From positions 1-64,000 of the IMG/VR virus record IMGVR_UViG_3300032562_000003: a DNA stretch of 64,000 nt; one strand, 5' to 3'. This document shows positions 50,665-60,822 of this stretch, one piece after another. Numbering within the stretch: the stretch's first letter is position 1; each line of letters begins with the position of its first letter. The position numbers and the translations under genes were made by a program. The notes beneath the pieces were generated by a model. The model was not told the origin of the DNA and ran no database searches. It saw nothing but the letters and a program-made list of their open reading frames with translations.

Positions 50665-50972
50665 ATTACATCACCTGCGAGTCATCAAAGGAAAACATCT
50701 GTGGAGTATCGAATTCGGTACCTTTGGCAAATACCACCGTATCCCAATCCATAACCATAGATTTGGCTCGACCGTCCCAAAAACGATGGATGAAATCGGG
50801 CTTGCCAAAAAAAGCACAGGCCCTGGTGAATTCATCACCGTTAAATCCGACGAAATGTGTGCAACTCTTTTCCATAATTCATAGTATCAAAAATTGTAGC
50901 TGTAGTCAACCTCTTTATCCAAAATAAATGCCCGACGAATCGAGCATTTATCCCCCTTACCGATTGGGTAGT

Positions 50973-51251
50973 TTATTTAGATGCAGTTGGTCGACTTTGA
51001 TTAACAAAATCGTACATCTTTTGTGCAGTTTCTAGAACCTTGTCCAGTCCTGGAAATTCCGGAGCTTCAACCCGCGCAACAAGCTGACCGGTCTTCTCGT
51101 CCCGATACTGTTGCATTTCCCATCCCGCCCACTTCATGTTATATTCAGCTTGCACTAGGTCTTTTGCCATTGCAAGGACGTCGGTCCTAATTTCGTAGCC
51201 GTTCTTATTGAACTTTACTTCCGGTAAATTATGAATCTTATTTTCGCTCAT
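50973..51251 (-). CDS. Phage hypothetical protein
   Basis: NGYEIR.DVL.MA...A.KMY.FV. Confidence 0.7.
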   Translation of the reverse strand: MSENKIHNLPEVKFNKNGYEIRTDVLAMAKDLVQAEYNMKWAGWEMQQYRDEKTGQLVARVEAPEFPGLDKVLETAQKMYDFVNQSRPTASK

Positions 51252-51382
51252 TTGTGCGTTTCCTGTATTATATAGTGAAAATTGTAAAAACGACGAGAGA
51301 TAACACACCGAGCGTAGCTCCGCCCGCTACTGCTACCTTACCGATCACGTCGTCTAAATCTAGTTGACAATTCTTAAACAAT

Positions 51383-51658
51383 TTACTTACCTTTCTTTGA
51401 AGTTGGGAATAGAGTTTCGACCTGAGCCTGTGCGTTCTTGAAAGCATCTTCATAGAACTTTGGAGTAGACAATGTGGTCGCAACTTTGGTGCCAGCATCA
51501 ACTGATGCATCTACAAACTTTTTGGTGTACTCGGTTTGAGCATCCACAAAATCAGTGAGAGATTTGGCAAGTCCTTCGTGCTTCACGAAAGTATCGACAG
51601 CTACCTTTTTAGCTGACTGAACCGTTTCAATAACGGTGTTGGCAAATAATTTATACAT
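51383..51658 (-). CDS. Phasin-like helical protein
   Basis: Amphipathic helices FVDAQTEYTK; late promoter, AAGGA RBS. Confidence 0.5.
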   Translation of the reverse strand: MYKLFANTVIETVQSAKKVAVDTFVKHEGLAKSLTDFVDAQTEYTKKFVDASVDAGTKVATTLSTPKFYEDAFKNAQAQVETLFPTSKKGK

Positions 51659-51732
51659 ATTAGTTCCTTTCTGTGTGTGTTTGTAGTAAAACTACAGTAG
51701 TATTTATACTATATGTAACCGTGTTTTTAAAG

Positions 51733-53613
51733 TTATTTGGGTAATCGAATAGATTCCAAATAACTATTAGTATCACCGTACAGCGTCATCATCACTGCAA
51801 TGCGATGATCGTATATTCTAATAAAAGGTTTTCTTTTTTTATCTACTATTTCTGTACCTAAATAGTACGGACATTTAATTTTCTTATCTAGCTCTAATGA
51901 ATACATCGACCATCCGCCGGTCGATGGAGCCCCTGACAGGTCTTTGGGCCCATCAAATGGAAGATCATAATGCGCTATTTTGGCATACTCAAACGCATTG
52001 CGACCAGGATCAGTCAATCGTAGTCCACTACCAGATCGCCCTGTTGTCCACCAGGCAAACATCAACTTATCTACAGGGATATCCTTCCATGGACTATCAG
52101 GATCATCTCCTATCTCTGCAAGAATCTTTCTTGTGATTTCTTCTTTAGAATTAGGATAGGTCATCGGGATATACGGTTCTTCCGGAATTTAGAAAAACAA
52201 CCGTAAATTTGTCGGTCCTGAACTGTGAGTTTAACTTTCGACATAGATTTCTAGCGTGTCCTGGATTAGAGAAACTAGTTTTCTTGTACTTAGGGGCAGC
52301 ATCATCCTTGAGATAATGTGAGGATTTAAGATTGATAGGTTGATCATCATAGAATACTGCCCAAATACCTGAGGCTTCTACAATTTGATCGCACTTGTAT
52401 GTTTTTTTATCTACATGTTCTAACAGAACATTAGGTTGCGTCCTGCTCATTTAAAGGTGCCTCCTTTTATCTCAATCTGCATAACCTCATTATCAATAGG
52501 ACGCGCAACATTCAATTCATGTAGGTCAGCTAATAATTTAGCTACGTCATCACGCAATCCACGGGCTTCTGCGATAGGAAGAACCAAATCCTTATTAAGT
52601 TTGGCCTCAACCACTGCCATCTTGTCCAAAAATCGCTTGATGTGTATCATAACTAAGTATTTAGTGCCGCTTTAGCATCTTCCTCAGATTTGAACGGGCC
52701 CTTATAATTGTAGCGCTGAATGAAGATATACTTCGGACAAAACGATATAGTTTGAGTTCCATTTTGATCCATAACAAACCATCCGGCAGCATATTGGCAC
52801 TTGCTCTTGTTAGTCTTAGTAAACAGATGTAATCCGCGTTTGATATCAAACACAGAGTTATATGTGCGAGCGGTTGTTGGATATTGCGGATACGGCAAAG
52901 CCGCCTTCGTCTTGTTAGACTTGAGCGGTTCAAACTTTATTTGTGTCTTTTTCTTTAATTCAGTAGCATTGTTAAACTGTAAAAAGTGACCATTGATCTG
53001 AACGCCGTACCCTGCGTTGTTTGCCTCAATGTTTCCTACTTTCTTTTCACCGTCTGTTACAATCCAGAATTGATTCTTAACGATTGGCTTAGCAATTAGC
53101 TCTGTCATTTTGTTAGTACGCTCCATATATATTCCTTTTCACTGAGACATATTTCCCTGTCAGGTATGTAGTCTATGAACTCAACTCCGTAGTAGGCCTT
53201 TTGCAAAAATAGAAACTTACCTGATTTTTCACATTTACGGAATGGGTTGTAGACTCTCCTTTGGTCCCAACGCCATTCAGACTCGCCGGTCATCCAGTCT
53301 TCATACATCATTCTGAATGGTCCTTTGTAATCAATTTAAATAGGTCTTTCTTGTGTTTAGGAGACCACAACTTAGCGTTCGGACCGCACACACTAGTAGC
53401 TCTGGTCATTCGACAGGATTCATATTCAGCCTTACTTTTTTGGGGGCCAGTCACTACATCCTCTTTCTCAACCGATTCCTTATAATTTTTGAGGCACTTG
53501 TAATCATATGATGGAGGATTTCCGAAATAAAAAACCATGTCTGCAAATGACACAGAACTATGCTTACAGTCCTTGCAGAGATATTCAGTGTGCTTGGTTT
53601 GGTTGTCACTCAT
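51733..53613 (-). CDS. Run of hypothetical genes (51733, 52151, 52447, 52653, 53105, 53308)
   Basis: Overlapping/coupled ORFs downstream of the RNase H gene. Confidence 0.7.
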
Positions 53614-54604
53614 GTAATGCTCCAGAATAAGGCTTGTTCAGCCATTTAGAGAAAGTTTCGGCTTGTTCAGAAATCTTATTAAGTTCGTACTTACCACAGA
53701 ACTTCATCAGATGAACGCCGACCTGAGGAGTAATGTTAGTACGAACATCTCCGCGAATAACAGCATCGACCGCCTCTTTAATTTCTTGCGGTTGAGCAGT
53801 TAGATCGATGAGAGTACGATTACGCTCATAATCATCCTTAACACGGTGTTCGACACCGTTATGGTCAGTCCACCGTTGAAGCATCAGATTATTCCACTTG
53901 AAGCCCTGCTTCGTGCGGTCGTCAAATGCTTCCTTAATGCCTACTGTATTTTTACTTCCCTTTTCTCGCACGCCAGGATAAGCACTAAACACGTTATCAG
54001 TGGCGTCACCACGAATGATCTTCTTGAACAGCAGATATTCGGGGTCTTCCAAAAGCTTTTGTGTGCCGGACTTCTTGTCCTTAACAGGACGGCCACGATC
54101 ATCATAGTAACCGTCAAGCTTGATCAGTTGACCAGCAACACCGTTGTACTGACTCACATTCTCGCTAATCAACTGCACAAAGTCAGTGTCAGACGACAGG
54201 ATGTAGTGCTGATCCTCAGGATGCAGATGAATGAAGCGAGCGATAAGGTCATCGGCTTCTGCATTCTCGCAGCGAAGGACACTAGTGTTGGTCTTTTCAC
54301 GAAGATAGTTAGTAAACGTTTCATACGTCTCCCAAAACATCTTGTTTTCTTCGACTTCGGCCTCAGTAGCATTAGTAGCTACTCGATTGGCCTTATAAGG
54401 AGCATAGAACTTCTTGCGCCAAGAACGTCCTTCAAGACAAAACACAACGTGGTCAATGTCAAACATGCGAACAGCCTGATTGACAGACGACAGCGTTAGG
54501 TGCATCGCCATCCCGATCTTTTCCCACGTGTCGCTATTGCGAGACGCGACGTGCCGAGCGCGAAAGAATGTGTTAGCAGTATCTACTAATGCATACTTTA
54601 TCAT
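53606..54604 (-). CDS. T4 RNase H-like 5'-3' exonuclease / flap endonuclease
   Basis: LVD..N, YKANR, EADD, SSD.DF.QL, GD..DN. Confidence 0.92.
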   Translation of the reverse strand: MIKYALVDTANTFFRARHVASRNSDTWEKIGMAMHLTLSSVNQAVRMFDIDHVVFCLEGRSWRKKFYAPYKANRVATNATEAEVEENKMFWETYETFTNYLREKTNTSVLRCENAEADDLIARFIHLHPEDQHYILSSDTDFVQLISENVSQYNGVAGQLIKLDGYYDDRGRPVKDKKSGTQKLLEDPEYLLFKKIIRGDATDNVFSAYPGVREKGSKNTVGIKEAFDDRTKQGFKWNNLMLQRWTDHNGVEHRVKDDYERNRTLIDLTAQPQEIKEAVDAVIRGDVRTNITPQVGVHLMKFCGKYELNKISEQAETFSKWLNKPYSGALHE

Positions 54605-54722
54605 CTATATCCTCATTATTTTCACTATAATACAATGATTATAAGATAATGTCAATGTTTAATTTGATAAGATGATCTCCGATGATAAATAAGACATATA
54701 CTCCCGATTATAGGAACCCATT

Positions 54723-56606
54723 ATGAATTATCTAATCGACTTTGCTACCACGTTATCTGATGCTGATATCAACGCATATTTAGCCGCTAATAACATGACC
54801 TCAGTAAAGGCATACACGACTTTCAAGAATGTACATCTTGTTTCCTCAGAGGTAGAACCTAAGGTCGATTCCTCAGTACTAAAAGTAAATTCTGATGATG
54901 GCAATGATATCAAACTTCTAGATTTTGATATCACAGTGACTCAACCAAAGAGCGAAGAATTAGATATACAGGTACATGACGATAAGGATTGGTGGAAGGT
55001 AGTTTCTCTTAATGACGTTGATCTTTCCAAGCCAACTTACACACAGGAACGTCGTGGTTTTGGTAGCGTCGTATATATTATGGACAGCGGAATCGAAGCT
55101 ACTCATCCTGATTTTACGAACGCTAAAGTTACTTTGTTACATAGTTTTACTACTGACTTTACTGATACAAAGGGACACGGCACTGCTTTGGCTAGTTTAG
55201 TTGCAGGTGATACTTGTGGGCTGACTAGAGCTGAAATTAAGGTAGTTAAGGTATTCGATATTAACACTGCCACTAAACAAAGTGATCTATTATCAGCACT
55301 AGATGCGATTGCAGTAGATTATAATAGCAATGGTCTTCCTCCATCAGTTCTTAACTTAAGTTGGTCTATTGCCAGAAACATATATGTAGACTCTAAAATT
55401 CAAGAGCTAATCGATTTAGGTATTTTTGTGGTAGCTGCTGCTGGTAATAGTGGAACTACAATCGGTGACGTTACCCCTGCTGCTATTCCTGATGTATTGA
55501 CTATTGGTTCATTTGGTCACTCACTAACCCCTAGTGATTTTTCTGATTACACAGGCAGCGCTATTTCGGTAACGGGTTCTACTACAAACTCTGGCGCGCT
55601 AGACGGCTGGGCACCTGGAGAGAAGATTTGGGCTGCTGGATTAAAAGGTACATATGCATTTATTGCAGGTACTTCAGCTTCTTCTGCAATTGCTTCAGGA
55701 GCTATTGCTCATAATTTAAGTGTATATGTAGATAGTAACGGAAATACACCTAGTGTTTACACAAATCATAGTGCCAGAAAAGATTACTTTGCAGGGGTAT
55801 TGTCAACTTCAAATATTACTATGGACGATAATACGATGTACAGAATGATGTGTTTAGGTAAGAAAGATGTGCTGAATCTTTCTGACCCTAAATATGCTCT
55901 TTCTGAGAATTTAATCGCATCATACCTACAATCAGTTGCTATAGTGTCTCCTACAATCAGAATAATTTCAGAATCAGGTAAGCCGTACTATTCAGATGTA
56001 CTAGTCAATGCACCTATCACTAGAATCACTGGACCAGATTTACCTAGTTACGTCACAATCGATGAAACCGGACTAATGACTATTACCTCTCCGACAATAA
56101 CCGATCCATATGAACAACTTCCTTCTTTGAGCTTAACAACGTACTCAGCCTCTGGTGCAACTCAAAATATTAGTGTTATGTTGTTTGTATTCAGAGATGG
56201 GGTAACGTTAGGCAATATCTCTACACTAGTTCCTACGACAGATCCTGTAGTAAATGCAGTATTACTAGCCAATACCTGTTTGACTAACGGATATTGCGGC
56301 GTTGACGACTGTTATCTTGAAGGACCTTTTGCGTGTCTGGGCAGCGGGAAATTTGGTTGCTATTGTCAATATGGTAGTGACGAGAGAGTTAAGGACAATA
56401 TCCTCTTAGAGGACACTATAGATGGACTGAATATCTATTCATACAACTATATTTGGGATAAGCATCGTAGGCTTTCTGGTGTAATGGCACAAGAGCTGAT
56501 CGGTACAGTTCACGAAAAGGCTGTGGTCAATACAGAATCCGGTTACTTCAAGGTCGATTATAATCGGTTACCTTCTAACGTAAAGTTCAGAATTTTCGGT
56601 AAGTAA
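54723..56606 (+). CDS. Subtilisin (S8) protease fused to a Cys-rich segment and a C-terminal S74 intramolecular chaperone
   Basis: MDSG, HGT, AAGN, GTS; 6-Cys segment 56277-56375; SDERVKDNI...GVMAQEL...KVDY; late promoter. Confidence 0.85.
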   Translation: MNYLIDFATTLSDADINAYLAANNMTSVKAYTTFKNVHLVSSEVEPKVDSSVLKVNSDDGNDIKLLDFDITVTQPKSEELDIQVHDDKDWWKVVSLNDVDLSKPTYTQERRGFGSVVYIMDSGIEATHPDFTNAKVTLLHSFTTDFTDTKGHGTALASLVAGDTCGLTRAEIKVVKVFDINTATKQSDLLSALDAIAVDYNSNGLPPSVLNLSWSIARNIYVDSKIQELIDLGIFVVAAAGNSGTTIGDVTPAAIPDVLTIGSFGHSLTPSDFSDYTGSAISVTGSTTNSGALDGWAPGEKIWAAGLKGTYAFIAGTSASSAIASGAIAHNLSVYVDSNGNTPSVYTNHSARKDYFAGVLSTSNITMDDNTMYRMMCLGKKDVLNLSDPKYALSENLIASYLQSVAIVSPTIRIISESGKPYYSDVLVNAPITRITGPDLPSYVTIDETGLMTITSPTITDPYEQLPSLSLTTYSASGATQNISVMLFVFRDGVTLGNISTLVPTTDPVVNAVLLANTCLTNGYCGVDDCYLEGPFACLGSGKFGCYCQYGSDERVKDNILLEDTIDGLNIYSYNYIWDKHRRLSGVMAQELIGTVHEKAVVNTESGYFKVDYNRLPSNVKFRIFGK

Positions 56607-56608
56607 CA

Positions 56609-56833
56609 ATGACTTCGTTTGCTGATAAACTTAAGCAACGATTGACTGAGGTAGCAGACCAAGTAAGTTCGGCCATCGAAGTTGTAACATCAATCGAAGC
56701 CGAGCAGCGACTAGACATATGTAAAGGGTGCCCGGAGCTTACTCATCTTACTCACCAATGTAAGTTATGCGGCTGCTTTATGTTAGCAAAAACTAAATTA
56801 AAATCAGCTTCCTGTCCGATTAATAAATGGTAG
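56609..56833 (+). CDS. Small Cys-rich metal-binding protein
   Basis: RL.ICKGC...CKLCGC...K......CP..KW. Confidence 0.8.
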   Translation: MTSFADKLKQRLTEVADQVSSAIEVVTSIEAEQRLDICKGCPELTHLTHQCKLCGCFMLAKTKLKSASCPINKW

Positions 56834-56839
56834 GATTCA

Positions 56840-57790
56840 GTGCACCAATGGACTAGGATGGGTTGGGGAAGCGAATTCTCTGATGTTTTTCATGAAGAAA
56901 AGCAGTTACACATAGACCTATCTAATCTTACCCCAACGTACAATAAAATAACTGAAATCGCTAAGAGAGTCATACGCGATATTTCTAACCAGTACCCTGC
57001 ACCATATAATCTTATGGTAAGCGGTGGTTCCGACAGTCAGACTATGCTTTGGTGTTGGATGCATTCTGGTGTTCCTTTTAATTGTATCTCTATAGAATAT
57101 GTAGACAATACTGGAAAGGTTTACAACGAACATGATCTTGAACAGTTAAAAGAATTTGCAAATAAATTCAACATACCTATAACTTACAAACAGCTTAATA
57201 TCTTTGACTTTCTAGAGAACCATCTTTACGATTATGCTGCCAAATATCGTTGCACAAGTCCTCATATATGCTCTCATATGAAAATAGCCGAAATGGTATC
57301 TGGTACAAATATATTCAGCGGAAACTTTATTCAAGAAGGATGCTATACCTATACTGTTTTGGGTCTTAAGAGATACGCTGACGTAAACACTAATGTAATT
57401 CCGTTCTTCCTTCTACACGACGCAGAGTTAGCTGCCGCTATGGCTCAGTTTATGTATGATCCTCTAGAGGACCAAACTAAAGGCTTAGAGTGGCATATAG
57501 AAATGCTTCATAAGTATAATAATAAAATATCAATACTTCATAAAGCAGGTATACCCGTTATTCCACAGAAAACCAAATTTACCGGATTTGAGTTAATCAA
57601 AGACTATTATGACGAACATAATACGTTAACACCTATAGAACGCATTCGATATGGTAATATGCCTAGTAAAAGAGCATTTGATATACTATTTCGATATAAA
57701 TTATCAGAACAAGTTAAATATAATGATATGGTAGTGTATTTGTACAAAGACGAACTCTACTCAAACCAGAAATTAACTGTAGGCACGTAG
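56840..57790 (+). CDS. PP-loop ATPase
   Basis: SGGSDS; paralogue of 430..1290. Confidence 0.8.
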   Translation: MHQWTRMGWGSEFSDVFHEEKQLHIDLSNLTPTYNKITEIAKRVIRDISNQYPAPYNLMVSGGSDSQTMLWCWMHSGVPFNCISIEYVDNTGKVYNEHDLEQLKEFANKFNIPITYKQLNIFDFLENHLYDYAAKYRCTSPHICSHMKIAEMVSGTNIFSGNFIQEGCYTYTVLGLKRYADVNTNVIPFFLLHDAELAAAMAQFMYDPLEDQTKGLEWHIEMLHKYNNKISILHKAGIPVIPQKTKFTGFELIKDYYDEHNTLTPIERIRYGNMPSKRAFDILFRYKLSEQVKYNDMVVYLYKDELYSNQKLTVGT

Positions 57791-57799
57791 GATACTCAT

Positions 57800-58369
57800 A
57801 TGCTAGATGTTCAGGTTATAACTTTCACTCAGATTCTTCCTATTTGGAAAAATGAACTATGGCCCGACAGAATGTCAGAAATTGAAACACATAGTGCTAT
57901 GACTTGGCCTAAGCCAAAAGCTGAACCATACGACATGGGTATATTCAGTAATCCAGTTTATTTTTGGGGAATTTACGATGGGGGAGATTTAATTGCCGTT
58001 AACAGCGGACATTTATCTAGTCCACTAGAGTTTAGGAGCCGCGGTCTTTGGGTTCATCCTAATTATAGAAGTTTAGGTTTATCTCAGCAGCTTTTATTAG
58101 CAGCAAAACAAACTGCGATATCTTCTACCACAGATGGTGTGATGCCAGTTTTACTCCAACTACTAAAAATTTTCAAGATATTTATCTGGATACTTAAGTG
58201 CGAGTGTAATAAAATTCTTAAGGTCAGGACTTTCTATGTTAAGAGGAAGATATTCCTTTTTTACAATATGTACAGATGGAATACCTTCAATTTTTTTGCG
58301 AAAATATTCTTCTACCACAGATGGTGTGATGCCAGTTTTACTGACACTTATATATTCTGTACGATCTAG
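57800..58369 (+). pseudogene. GNAT acetyltransferase, C-terminally truncated near 58120
   Basis: RSRGLWV.P.YRSLG; the WS.PR..Y...GF end seen in the 7877 paralogue is missing and replaced by antisense read-through. Confidence 0.65.
58121..58342 (+). repeat. 35-bp exact direct duplication (58121-58155, 58308-58342)
   Basis: TCTTCTACCACAGATGGTGTGATGCCAGTTTTACT occurs twice. Confidence 0.95.
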
Positions 58370-58594
58370 TCCATTAAATCTAGACCTATGGGGTTTTAGG
58401 TAGGTTTTCCCGTCTTCCTCTAAGGTTCTGATCTGCCCCTCAAAACCTGGCTGAGCAATAGCTAAAAAATGTATTACTGCTGTATTTCCGATTTTAGTAT
58501 ATGCATTGGTGCGACTGTATAAATCTGTTGTAATTCCAGGTTTGGTATAGGTGTCAACCCCTTTTATTTCTGCGATATACAGAACTAATGTCAT
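58163..58594 (-). CDS. GIY-YIG/T5orf172-like nuclease-fold protein
   Basis: LYIA......YTKPGIT.....R...Y; TEY. Confidence 0.5.
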   Translation of the reverse strand: MTLVLYIAEIKGVDTYTKPGITTDLYSRTNAYTKIGNTAVIHFLAIAQPGFEGQIRTLEEDGKTYLKPHRSRFNGLDRTEYISVSKTGITPSVVEEYFRKKIEGIPSVHIVKKEYLPLNIESPDLKNFITLALKYPDKYLENF

Positions 58595-59817
58595 TTTAAG
58601 ATAGCAGTCTGCTTAGCCTGCGACAAAGCATGAAACAACGTATATCCGTTGTCATCATAGTCGTCCAAAAAATTCTTAGATATGTTTTTGAAAGTTCCGC
58701 CGGCCTGATAATATATCTGCAACCATAGAGCCAATGAAGCGTCTGCTGGTGTGTTAGGTATCTTCTCCTTAGGATATTTCATACTATACCAGTGTTTGTA
58801 CGTGGCGTCTGCTAAGAGTCGAAATTCTCCGGGAGAACCTTCAAGATTGTAAATGATGTTACCTAAAGTATGTAAAAATTCTTTTATTGTTTTGTTAGAC
58901 AGTGACGTAGTACCTTTAATTTTCCTACGTAGGGTTACCATCGGTAAAACCTCAACCGAATCTACTGCTCGGTCATCCCAGTTCCATTTATGAATTTGGC
59001 ACCACCAATGCATTTCTTCTACAGTAAGATCCTTAAGCAAATCTACCCGAGTGAAGGCTCCGGGTTTATCCTTGTTTTCATCATCTCTTTCGTGAACCGG
59101 AGTGATGTCATATGATTCCATAATTTTCTGAAATGCATATGCAGTTTCATACTTGTCGAGCGTTATGGAATTCGGACTATCCTGACGTTTAGCCAATACG
59201 TAATTTTTCCATTTGTCAAAGGACGCAAGTTTCTTTTTGTCATCTCCGTTAATACCTAAAAAGTGTTCCCGTGCAAATATAAAGTTGTCAAATTCCACAA
59301 CCTGACATTCAATTTTTAGATCAAGCCACTTATCTGATGAAATGCCTTTGCTAGAATGATAGTATCCCCATTTGGCTAATATACCATGACAGATCGCGGT
59401 GTGTTGCCCGTCTGTGATGTAATAATTAAGCTTATTTCCGCGCTTGATTTTCAGCACATTGACGAACTGAGATTTTTTACTATCAAAGTTTTCTAATATC
59501 TTTTTGATATGTTTTGGGCTATACGGTCGCTGGACGGCCTGCGCACTGAGTAATTTGCGCAACGGAATCTCCTCAGGCTTTGGCTTGATGGCCAGATTCG
59601 GAGTCGATTTCTTTTCTAAAATGTCCTTCGTTTTTACACCGAGCGGACAACTAACAAAATCATTTACTAAACTTTCTACAGATACCCCAGCAACGTCTCC
59701 TGGTTTCTTGTCCAATACGTTAGTAGGTCTAGCGGCCGAATCAATCGTATCTTGACCCTTTCTATTGTTTAGAATATCAATCCGTTTGAAAACTGACGGA
59801 AACTTAGAACTTGACAT
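58591..59817 (-). CDS. ParB/Srx-like DGQH-domain protein
   Basis: VQR....H...I...F; YYITDGQHT; F..IN. Confidence 0.65.
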   Translation of the reverse strand: MSSSKFPSVFKRIDILNNRKGQDTIDSAARPTNVLDKKPGDVAGVSVESLVNDFVSCPLGVKTKDILEKKSTPNLAIKPKPEEIPLRKLLSAQAVQRPYSPKHIKKILENFDSKKSQFVNVLKIKRGNKLNYYITDGQHTAICHGILAKWGYYHSSKGISSDKWLDLKIECQVVEFDNFIFAREHFLGINGDDKKKLASFDKWKNYVLAKRQDSPNSITLDKYETAYAFQKIMESYDITPVHERDDENKDKPGAFTRVDLLKDLTVEEMHWWCQIHKWNWDDRAVDSVEVLPMVTLRRKIKGTTSLSNKTIKEFLHTLGNIIYNLEGSPGEFRLLADATYKHWYSMKYPKEKIPNTPADASLALWLQIYYQAGGTFKNISKNFLDDYDDNGYTLFHALSQAKQTAILK

Positions 59818-59847
59818 ACTTAATAAATCCTTTTTGTCGTTAGGTTT

Positions 59848-60360
59848 TTAATGAAAAATATGTGGTCTGCAAACTTCTTGGAATGAACAAGCGTACTTCA
59901 TGAGCGGGCTAGTGGGAGTTCCACCCGATCCTAAGCCAAACTTCAATGCAACTTGTTCGGCGTTGCTGTTTTTAATATATTGCTGGTAAGCTTCATGCGG
60001 TATGAATAGGAAAAACAATTTGTGAAATTTCTGTCCAGGTACACATAGACACACTCTCAGAGGTCCAATTTTATTTTTTATTCCGGATACTTAGGCTTGA
60101 AAAGTGAGATTGCACTCGCCTGTACGGTAGAATGTTGCAAATTTTGCATCAGTGTTGTCATCATAATCCCTACCTACCGTCTGTTTCCCAAGCCATGTCG
60201 TGTGACCCGACATGGCTTTAGCCAAAACACCCTCCCAAAAATATCCTTTGTTATTGTCTGTGGTTTTTACGACCTGTTCTGTGACATATTGTCGAACACT
60301 TTCGGTAGAATCGCTGTGTAAGTAGTCTACTAGTTCATGTAAAAATTTAAAATTATTCAT
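59848..60360 (-). pseudogene. Single gene split by an in-frame TAA at 60091-60093; putative PD-(D/E)xK nuclease
   Basis: ORFs 60091..60360 and 59848..60054 are in frame (QA*VSGIKNKIGPLRVCLC); WE...D.DD..DAK motif. Confidence 0.6.
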
Positions 60361-60813
60361 TTAGCTGACCTCAGTAAATCCGTTACCCAAATCTCGCTGA
60401 GCTATGATACGAACATCGTCACGCTTAGCCGGGTCTGCTTGTTCTTGCTCATACACTTCTAGTGCAATATTGCGACAAACTGTTTGAAACCAGCGGTCAA
60501 CAATCTCTGCATCAGTGTCATTTTGTCTAAATTTGTAACCTTGTTTGACAAGATTTAACACAAACTTGTCATTCCAGTCTAATTCAAACGATCCATTGTT
60601 AATGTCTTTGGGATCAAGTTCGACTTTAGTAATTGCGATATATGGTTGACCAGCAGCAGTAGCCAGTTCCTTAGCAGTCAATGCGGGTACCGCTGGTTTA
60701 GGAGCCCTAGGCTTTCTAGGCTTTCTAACCTTAGGAACTTCGACTAGTTCTGGGATAGGTGCAGGCTGCTCAACAGGTGTGCCATTCCACCACTTTTTTA
60801 ATGCATCAAACAT
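60361..60813 (-). CDS. Phage hypothetical protein
   Basis: G.FELDWND.F...L...GY......IVD.WF. Confidence 0.7.
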   Translation of the reverse strand: MFDALKKWWNGTPVEQPAPIPELVEVPKVRKPRKPRAPKPAVPALTAKELATAAGQPYIAITKVELDPKDINNGSFELDWNDKFVLNLVKQGYKFRQNDTDAEIVDRWFQTVCRNIALEVYEQEQADPAKRDDVRIIAQRDLGNGFTEVS

Positions 60814-60822
60814 AATTTTTCC

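Noticed and set aside
58121-58155. 35-bp duplicate as a CRISPR spacer
   Set aside because: No flanking repeats or leader
59870-59935. tmRNA-like end
   Set aside because: Lies within coding sequence; no acceptor stem or CCA
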